From the sequence record SRR9188677_181: a DNA stretch of 64,000 nt. The stretch is one strand, 5' to 3'. Shown in pieces: positions 58,201 to 64,000 of this stretch. A model generated the notes under the pieces. It did no database searches. It was not told the DNA's origin and saw nothing but the letters and a program-made list of their open reading frames with translations. Numbering within the stretch: position 1 is the first letter of the stretch; the number at the start of each line of letters is the position of its first letter. Made by a program: the position numbers and the translations under genes.

Positions 58201-58492
58201 CTTTTGGAAGATCTAAACTAAATGCTCCTTTCGCATCAGTTACAGTTCCTAATTTTCCTCCTTTTACTCTTACACTTACTCCTGCTACAGCTTCTCCTGA
58301 GGCATCTTTCACAACTCCTTTTACAGGCGTATTTGCTTTTTTGATGGCAGTAATTGACTGTTTCGAGGCTGCAACCTCTTTATGCTTTGTTGCAAAGGAT
58401 GTTCCTGAGAACAAAAGTACAGCCAAAATTGGCGAGCAAGCCAGTAATGACTTCTTTACCAAATTGGGCTGGGTTTGTAAAAATAATTCCAT
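55223..58492 (-). CDS. susC: SusC/RagA TonB-dependent outer-membrane transporter
   Basis: N-terminal CarboxypepD-like domain, LDEVVFVGYG, ISILKDAAAAIYGARGAYGVVVVTTKRG and C-terminal YPTLRSFSVGLNLNL. Confidence 0.97.
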   Translation of the reverse strand: MELFLQTQPNLVKKSLLACSPILAVLLFSGTSFATKHKEVAASKQSITAIKKANTPVKGVVKDASGEAVAGVSVRVKGGKLGTVTDAKGAFSLDLPKGNETLVFTSVGLKTQEVAVNGRSEINLTMEDDVSALDEVVFVGYGQQKKINLTGAVATIDMKAIEDLAVGSLSAALVSQQPGVGVSGGTSRPGDNASITIRNPILLSKDGGSLRPLYVIDNIVRSEDDFNVLDVSEVENISILKDAAAAIYGARGAYGVVVVTTKRGKTGAPKFSYSTSYGTSDAELPKMMNGYELATYVNDYNFKTTTPSILYSQDELDYFKANSQDWLSQAWKSSSVTRHALNVSGGTEKATYFAGITYNQQDGNFEKINFDRWTFRASTDVKVSANVRVGLGLSGDLSKKDRYLLKQGGSDNEKDYKSLIYAAPFIPAYVDGLPVNTTGGGSTSENFHFFEAQKSNNYLLAKNNGLNINAYVEYDVPFLKGLKAKVTYNRNFENSFGKEFGTRYSLYNFNMLGTNKHIFGGGVRSVSNISNSNRIYFSPNYSDSYQLNGYLNYDKTFGKHSISAIALFEQNETYSDGITSYLDNMVDGALDNAGYALGGTASGAGVGTINESESESGRLSFAGRLNYTYAGKYLAEFSVRRDASTNFAPENRWGTFPSLSVGWVVSEEPFFKNNVRFVDFLKVRLSGGLTGMDNTRAYNWLKSYNLIQTGNGPVFGGNLDRAGIFRLKNAIPNPEVRWDSDTKLNAGIDANFLQNRLSLGIDAFYDHRYDMLVTLASSVPLTVGAALPSENFATVDGFGTEISLGWSSKINKDWSYKIRGFFAWNDNKQVKVDFDKGLTGTYLDPTGKSTDMGLLGYKCLGMLRTQADVDALLAKYPNYTIDGTKPLPGMLYYEDVRGAKNATPNADGTYSYAEPDGKIDVNDRQYLTNKQDNHYGFGLNFSTSYKRLSFSFAMGGSFGGQSMLESGARGWGTSAQVSAKTNLPQHLTDHWTPENPNAKYPAPNYRGQNSLDSDFWFVSSFQMSVRTLNVSYELPANLLKKLNVNGARVYLTSTNPLNLYNPYTYKQYSGAYDVYPTLRSFSVGLNLNL

Positions 58493-58647
58493 AATACTTG
58501 GTATCTTAAAATTTAAAAATGAGATTAAATCAATGGGTTACTAAAAAGCGGAATATTAAAAACTATATTTTATGTGGTTTTTTCTCTAAATATTTATATT
58601 TCAAAAATGACAAAAAAATGCTTCGTCTGAACATAATTACTACGCAT

Positions 58648-58712
58648 CAAAATTAGAGTAATATAAGCCCAATTTTGTATATAATTTTTTCAAGATATTA
58701 TAAGATATTATC
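58648..58712 (-). promoter_or_regulatory. PUL regulon promoter 5 (susCD)
   Basis: + strand CAAAATTA-N22-TATATAATTTTT-N6-TATTATAAGATATTATC. Confidence 0.75.
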
Positions 58713-58767
58713 ATGCGGCATGCTTTCTATGATAATATAAAGCATATTTTACCTTTATTGTGTACTA

Positions 58768-59460
58768 TTAATTTTGCTTAGCGGCTTTGGCAGCGGCTAT
58801 TCTTTGCTCCCATTCCAAGCCTGCTTTTTTCATATCAATCCCTGCGGCAGACAAATAATTGTTGATTTTACCTTTGTATTTTCCGAACCAAGCATGTTTT
58901 TTTTCTGATGATTCAGCATCCATTGCATGTTCACGTGCTTCTGTTAAGTATGCTAATATCTGCGTCTTTTGTGCTTCGCTAAGGTTTGGGAGCATTTCTT
59001 GATAGCCTTTATAAGTAATCGGTAAAACGCCATAAGTCATACCGTCTTTTACTTTTTCTACTTGGCTATCAGAGAGTTTTTTGGATAGATTTTTCAAGTA
59101 TTTTTTATGCAATTTATTCATTGCTAATTCCGCCTCAGATTCTGCTTGTTTTACTTCAGCTTCGCTTTTCTCTTTATCTTCTTTTGCTTTTTCCTTCGCA
59201 ATTTTCAGCTTTTCTTTTCTCAAATCATGGATTTCACTTAAATCACGATATTGTTTGCTAATAATATCTCTTACTTTAATACTTTTTTCTACATCGCTAA
59301 TATCTAGCGATGTTACAATTTTCGCCGCTCTGTCTGTAATCATTTTGGTGTAATTTGCTTCTTTTTGCTCTTTCGTTTGAACATCCTGAGCCCAAAGCAT
59401 TTTCGATGATACAATCATCAAAGTCAATACTACCAATACTTTTTTCGCTACTTTTTCCAT
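58768..59460 (-). CDS. DUF3826 exported helical protein
   Basis: Signal peptide; QVEKVKDGMTYGVLPITY, L.EAREHAMDAESS and HAWFGKYKGKINNYLS. Confidence 0.8.
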   Translation of the reverse strand: MEKVAKKVLVVLTLMIVSSKMLWAQDVQTKEQKEANYTKMITDRAAKIVTSLDISDVEKSIKVRDIISKQYRDLSEIHDLRKEKLKIAKEKAKEDKEKSEAEVKQAESEAELAMNKLHKKYLKNLSKKLSDSQVEKVKDGMTYGVLPITYKGYQEMLPNLSEAQKTQILAYLTEAREHAMDAESSEKKHAWFGKYKGKINNYLSAAGIDMKKAGLEWEQRIAAAKAAKQN

Positions 59461-59716
59461 AATAATATTTGATAATGCTATGCTGTTATTGTATTAATTT
59501 ATCATTCCTAAAAGCTATTAATAAAAGCAATTGGTCTTTTATCTAAGCAATACTACTCTTGATACTTTTTACTCTTCTTTCTTCAAATACAATCAGTATA
59601 TTTTTAAGTTTTCTTACTTATATCTTTTACTGAGAAAATTTGCTAAAACCTACAAAACCTAAATTGATTATAATATCTTATCTTTTTCTATTGTATCATA
59701 ATACATGACTAGAATA

Positions 59717-59781
59717 CAAATTTCATCAATCAAACAGGTATTTTAGTATAAATTTTTACCAACTTAGTATATGATATTGTC
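59717..59781 (-). promoter_or_regulatory. PUL regulon promoter 6 (DUF3826), back-to-back with the araC promoter
   Basis: + strand CAAATTTC-N22-TATAAATTTTTA-N6-TAGTATATGATATTGTC (degenerate -7 box); the divergent + strand -7 box TACATTTG lies at 59802-59809. Confidence 0.6.
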
Positions 59782-59914
59782 ATAATTAAACTAAGAATCG
59801 TTACATTTGGTACTTCGTAGCATAATTTGATAGAATTTTCGTTCTTTTTATGAATCATTACTATAGTCCAACTCTTTATCAGAAAATTTATTTTAAATAA
59901 AAAATATAGCAGAA

Positions 59915-60784
59915 ATGAAGCCACTTTTTCATAAAGTTCCTGTAAAACCTGAGAGTTCATTCAGTATTCGCCATGATATAAGACCCAATTTTGATACCAT
60001 CTGGCATTATCATCCAGAATTAGAATTGCATTATATCATTAAAGGAGAAGGTGTTCGCTTTATTGGGGATAATATCAGCAACTTTTCTTATGGAGAAATC
60101 ATTTTGATGGGCGAAAACCTTCCCCATACTTGGCGTTGTAAAGAAGAGTATTTTGAAAACAATCCTAACCTTGGTGTAGAAGCAATTGTGATTCATTTTT
60201 TACCCGATTGCCTAGGAAAATACTTATTGACTTTACCAGAAGCTTACATGATTCCTAAATTGTATGAAAAAGCAAAATGCGGAATGGTGATTGGCGGTGA
60301 AGCTCGTGAAAAAGTAGCAAAACTGATGCACGAAGTAACTAAGGCTAATAATTTAGAAAGAATCATTTTACTTTTATCTATTTTAAATATCCTTGCCGAA
60401 ACAGATGAATACACAACGATTGCTACCGACCATAGTTTTTATCAATCTAATGAATCGGATACCATTCGTTTGAATAAGGTTTGTACTTATACGCTTTCCA
60501 ATTATAAAAAGGATATTACTTTAGAAGAAATTTCTGCTATCAGCAACCTTAGTGTTACTTCGTTTTGTCGATATTTTAAATTGATGACGAAAAAAACCTA
60601 TTATGATTTTCTTATCGAAATTAGAATTAGCCATGCTTGTAGAGCTTTGGTGGAAGATAAACTGCCCACAGAAGTAATCTGTTTCGATTGTGGTTTCAAT
60701 AATGTTTCAAATTTTTATCGACACTTCAAAAAAGTAACGGGCATCACTCCTTTAGAATATAAAAGAAAATATCTGACTCAATAG
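59915..60784 (+). CDS. AraC-family transcriptional regulator with cupin sensor; candidate PUL activator
   Basis: WHYHPELEL, G.NLPHTW, ITLEEISAISNLSVTSFCRYFK and CGFNNVSNFYRHFKK. Confidence 0.95.
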   Translation: MKPLFHKVPVKPESSFSIRHDIRPNFDTIWHYHPELELHYIIKGEGVRFIGDNISNFSYGEIILMGENLPHTWRCKEEYFENNPNLGVEAIVIHFLPDCLGKYLLTLPEAYMIPKLYEKAKCGMVIGGEAREKVAKLMHEVTKANNLERIILLLSILNILAETDEYTTIATDHSFYQSNESDTIRLNKVCTYTLSNYKKDITLEEISAISNLSVTSFCRYFKLMTKKTYYDFLIEIRISHACRALVEDKLPTEVICFDCGFNNVSNFYRHFKKVTGITPLEYKRKYLTQ

Positions 60785-60801
60785 GCAAATTTTCATTTCA
60801 T

Positions 60802-60844
60802 TTAGCAGTTTAAAAATCAACATAAACTCTTTTTAAACTGCTAA
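60802..60844 (+). terminator. Hairpin after araC
   Basis: TTAGCAGTTTAAAAA-N13-TTTTTAAACTGCTAA followed by TTTT. Confidence 0.55.
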
Positions 60845-61118
60845 TTTTCAGACATTTACATTAAAATAAATCTTAAATCAAAAGCTTGAGATTTCTACAG
60901 AAAAAATTATTAAGAATTCTGACCAATATTTTCTTTCTACAAAGCGAAAAAAAATCATTATTATCCCTTTTTTCTCAATTTGCTTCCCTCCTACCCTCTG
61001 GTTTTTCTTTTTCTGAAAATTCTTTTGGCTTTTTCGAGCAAGTTTTCGTCAAAATGCTTTTGGATAAAAAAAGTTATTTTTACATTTACAAAAGATAATT
61101 TTTTATCCCTCCTAAAAA

Positions 61119-62063
61119 ATGATTACACAAGAAAAGGTTGTTAAGTTTTTACGCTCAAAGCAGGCTCTTAACTTGACTCAAATTGAAAAAGAAGCTGGGA
61201 TTCCTTCCAAAACTTTACATAAAGCATTAGCTGAACAAAAAGATATTCCAACCAAACATTTACCTGCCATCGACGAAGCCCTGAGACAATACGGTTATTC
61301 TGGAACTATGTTTGATAAAGCTGTGGTTATTTCAATCGTAAACCACAAAGGTGGCGTTGGAAAGACGACCACAACTATCAATGTCGGAAAAGCGTTGAGT
61401 TTATTGGGAAATAAAGTATTGATGGTGGATATGGATTCTCAAGGAAATTTATCACAATGTTTTGGTGTGCATGAACCCCAAAATCAAGTGATTGATGCTT
61501 TATTGGGCAATACTGAATTACCAATCATTCCCATTACAGAAAGTATGTTCTTGGCTCCTTCCGACATCAGAATGGCTTACAAAGAATCTGAATTAGCAAA
61601 TGCAATTGGTGCCGACAGAAGGCTTTCTTTAAAACTTGACGAAGTAAAAGGAATGTTTGATTATATATTAATTGACTGCCCGCCAAGTTTGGGAATTTGT
61701 ACTACTTGTTCATTGGTAGCTTCTAATTACTGTGTGGTGCCGATTCAGCCCGAAGCGAGTGCTTATCATGGTGTAGAAAGTCTGTTTAATAGAATAGCAG
61801 AAGTGCGTGCTTATATTAATCCAACTTTAACAGTTAAAGGAATTGTGTTTACGATGGTTCATAAAAACCAAAGTGTACACAAAAGTATGATGACGCACAT
61901 CGAAGAAAAATTTAAGAGTTTTAATATTTATAATACGATTATTGAAGGCTCAACAGTGATTAAGCAGTCGCAAGTTGCGAAAGAAGATTTGTTTACTTAT
62001 GCACCAAAATCTTCTTCATGGCAACAATATCACAATTTGGCAACTGAAATAATGGTTCTTTAA
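61119..62063 (+). CDS. parA: ParA partition ATPase with N-terminal HTH extension
   Basis: Deviant Walker A NHKGGVGKTTT, VDMDSQGNLS and DYILIDCPPSLG; about 60-aa HTH-like N-terminus (LNLTQIEKEAGIPSKTLHKAL). Confidence 0.93.
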   Translation: MITQEKVVKFLRSKQALNLTQIEKEAGIPSKTLHKALAEQKDIPTKHLPAIDEALRQYGYSGTMFDKAVVISIVNHKGGVGKTTTTINVGKALSLLGNKVLMVDMDSQGNLSQCFGVHEPQNQVIDALLGNTELPIIPITESMFLAPSDIRMAYKESELANAIGADRRLSLKLDEVKGMFDYILIDCPPSLGICTTCSLVASNYCVVPIQPEASAYHGVESLFNRIAEVRAYINPTLTVKGIVFTMVHKNQSVHKSMMTHIEEKFKSFNIYNTIIEGSTVIKQSQVAKEDLFTYAPKSSSWQQYHNLATEIMVL

Positions 62064-62064
62064 T

Positions 62065-62931
62065 ATGGCAAAGAAAGATTTTATGAATATCATGAAAGAG
62101 AAAACTAGCGATCTTCGCCCCTCTCTTTTATCTTCTGAAGAAAATATAAAAAGTCAAATTGTAATACTTGACCAACTCCGTGAGTTAATTCCACCCCTTA
62201 CTGGCGACGAATTACATCAATTAGAACTCAATATTTTAAAACATGGCGTAAAAGACCCTCTATCTATTTGGGAAACTACCGCTTCGATTGCTCAAATTGA
62301 CGACAGCAATACGCCAGTATATGTGTTAATCGACGGGCACAACCGTTATGATATTTGTAAAAAGAATCGTTTAGACTATCGTATCAATCTGTTGAAATTT
62401 ACTTCATTGGATGAAGTAAAAGACTATATGATTGATTTTCAATTAGGGCGTAGAAATTTATCTCCTGAACAAGCTTCATATTTAAGAGGCTTACGCTATC
62501 TTCAACAAAAATCAATGCGTGGTGGCGATAAATTCTCAACAGAAGGTCAACAAGATGTATCCATCGCTCTCGGAACTGAATATGGAGTAAGTAGCCGAAC
62601 GATTAAAAGAGACGGAGAATTTGCTTCTGGTTTAAATAAATTATCGACTAGTTTAAAACAAGAAATCCTGACAGGAAAACAAAAACTACCGAAAGCAACA
62701 ATCAATGCTATTTCAAAATTAGAAACGTCTGAGCCATTAGAAAGTATTAAGCAAATCACCAACGAATTGTCAAAAAACAATCAAGTTTTTTCTGCTACTT
62801 CTGAAAACCAACAAAATAATCAAGTAATTAAATTACAAAGTGAGATTAGAGAAATTGCCAAAGGAAATTTAAGCAAATACGATTGTGAATCAATGCTTAG
62901 TAGAATTCATCAATTGTTAGAAATATTATAG
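62065..62931 (+). CDS. parB: ParB-like partition protein
   Basis: 1 nt after parA; ParB/Srx domain (IPPL..EL..LE.NI..HG, LIDGHNR), QLGRRNL and HTH ALGTEYGVSSRTIKRD. Confidence 0.85.
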   Translation: MAKKDFMNIMKEKTSDLRPSLLSSEENIKSQIVILDQLRELIPPLTGDELHQLELNILKHGVKDPLSIWETTASIAQIDDSNTPVYVLIDGHNRYDICKKNRLDYRINLLKFTSLDEVKDYMIDFQLGRRNLSPEQASYLRGLRYLQQKSMRGGDKFSTEGQQDVSIALGTEYGVSSRTIKRDGEFASGLNKLSTSLKQEILTGKQKLPKATINAISKLETSEPLESIKQITNELSKNNQVFSATSENQQNNQVIKLQSEIREIAKGNLSKYDCESMLSRIHQLLEIL

Positions 62932-63020
62932 CAAAGTGACACGTTGTCACTTTGGTTTAGTCCAACAAAAAACCAAACAAAAAAACCAAAGTGACAACGT
63001 GTCACTTTGGTTTTTTTGTT
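62932..63020. repeat. Two inverted copies of a palindrome; candidate parS and/or bidirectional terminator
   Basis: CAAAGTGAC-ACGTT-GTCACTTTG (62932-62954) and AACAAAAAAACCAAAGTGAC-AACGT-GTCACTTTGGTTTTTTTGTT (62976-63020). Confidence 0.8.
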
Positions 63021-63036
63021 GAGAATAAATTTAAGA

Positions 63037-64000
63037 TTAGATTAATTGTATTCCTAAACGATTGGCTGTTTTTTCAAATTGAGTTTTTACAGCCATAATA
63101 TCTGTAAATTCTGATGTCATCGCATTCATTACTCCTGCAAAAAACGAAGCATCATCTGTGAAGTATTGAATGAACGATTCGTTAGAAACCCTTTTCTCGC
63201 AGTAATTCATATAACTATTGTAATTCATTTGTCCCAATAAACTTCCTTGTAATTTATTCAATACCAATAAATACAATTCTGGGTTTGATACTAAAATTTT
63301 CAAAGCTACTTCTCTTTTTGCGTTTGAAAACGCTACTTTCAATTCTTCTCTTTTTGCTTCTAGTTTTTTAGCATCATCTTGCTTTTTCTGTTCTTCTTTA
63401 TTCTGCTGTTTTTTCTTTAATGCCTCGCTTTTTGTTTGTGCACTCTTTTCAAACAAAATCGGATTCCTAACCATTTGATTCAAGTAACCGCCAACGTTAG
63501 TGATTTTTTTCCCTGTTTTTACTTCATTCAATACATAATCAATTCCTAGTATGATTTGCTCTTCTGGAATTTCTTTTAACCAATTCTCAACGGTTTTTAA
63601 GGTAATTTCATAATCTTTTACTTTTGAAAAAATTTGATTGAGCGTTGATGTCAAATCTGTTGTAATTTCTGGGCTTTCTTCAAAATCTGTATTTTTAATA
63701 ATCGAAATCGTTTGAACGTCGTCATTAATAATTACATTTTTCTTGATATGAAATTCTATGCTTTCTACTTTTTTACCATTTTTGATTTCCTGATATTCAA
63801 AGTAAATTTCAGCATTGAGTGAAAGTTCTTTCTTAGCCTGTTCAATTACTTTTTTCTTAAAATCAAAGTAATTTTTATACCTAGCCGACAAACCCAAAGT
63901 AGCTTTCAATTCATCTACATCAAATCTGAATTTCCCGAAACGTTCATACTCTTTACAGAATTCGTAAAAACGCATGGCATAAACGCTGTCGAGTCTCAAA
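63037..64000 (-). CDS. Rep_3 (RepA/RepB) replication initiator, 5' part outside the window
   Basis: Winged-helix signature S.YAMRFYE....Y...G.F...VDELK..LGL...Y..Y.DFKKKVIE.A.KEL..GKKVESIEF, followed by a long C-terminal extension. Confidence 0.85.
   Translation of the reverse strand, partial: LRLDSVYAMRFYEFCKEYERFGKFRFDVDELKATLGLSARYKNYFDFKKKVIEQAKKELSLNAEIYFEYQEIKNGKKVESIEFHIKKNVIINDDVQTISIIKNTDFEESPEITTDLTSTLNQIFSKVKDYEITLKTVENWLKEIPEEQIILGIDYVLNEVKTGKKITNVGGYLNQMVRNPILFEKSAQTKSEALKKKQQNKEEQKKQDDAKKLEAKREELKVAFSNAKREVALKILVSNPELYLLVLNKLQGSLLGQMNYNSYMNYCEKRVSNESFIQYFTDDASFFAGVMNAMTSEFTDIMAVKTQFEKTANRLGIQLI

Noticed and set aside
59730-59960. 76-aa minus-strand ORF
   Set aside because: Overlaps the araC start and the promoter/operator; low-complexity AT-rich translation.
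60886-61098. 70-aa ORF upstream of parA, and a possible replication origin here
   Set aside because: The F/S/L-rich translation of a T-rich promoter region is unconvincing, and I found no iterons or DnaA-box cluster. The origin may lie upstream of rep, outside the window.
665-62780. Numerous 60-170 aa ORFs antisense to or overlapping the long genes in the ORF track
   Set aside because: Shadow ORFs of well-supported genes, with no recognisable motifs.
1-64000. CRISPR arrays, tRNA/rRNA genes, IS elements, integrases, phage or defence genes
   Set aside because: None recognised by eye; the palindromes found are isolated and are not separated by spacers.

Overview
AT-rich Bacteroidota DNA, probably Cytophagales-like, judged from SusC/SusD, TAnnTTTG promoters and gene content. 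About 58 kb of the window is one large, almost entirely minus-strand polysaccharide-utilisation region. Its enzymes match the rhamnogalacturonan-II (RG-II) toolkit known from Bacteroides thetaiotaomicron: GH139, GH2-malectin, GH95, GH142, GH138, two GH78, GH141, CE19-like, GH33, GH2, acetylesterase, GH143, GH43, GH140, DUF6298, PL1 and SusCD. It also holds two Na+/solute symporters, a DHDPS-family aldolase, an oxidoreductase, two AraC regulators and a Fur. The window ends in a parA-parB pair convergent on a Rep_3-type initiator, with palindromic parS candidates between them, so the locus probably lies on a plasmid/chromid-type replicon. Highlights: (1) an uncharacterised four-gene operon (c-type-heme DUF1549/LamG/DUF1553 lipoprotein, Tat DUF1501 protein, Tat PAL-like beta-propeller, GH139-like methyl-fucosidase) under its own AraC; (2) six PUL promoters with an identical 65-bp layout (-7 box, 22-nt spacer, two half-sites 21 bp apart), plus a seventh with the same geometry but different half-sites. 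Family assignments come from motif recognition and my recollection of reference proteins; no database search was run.
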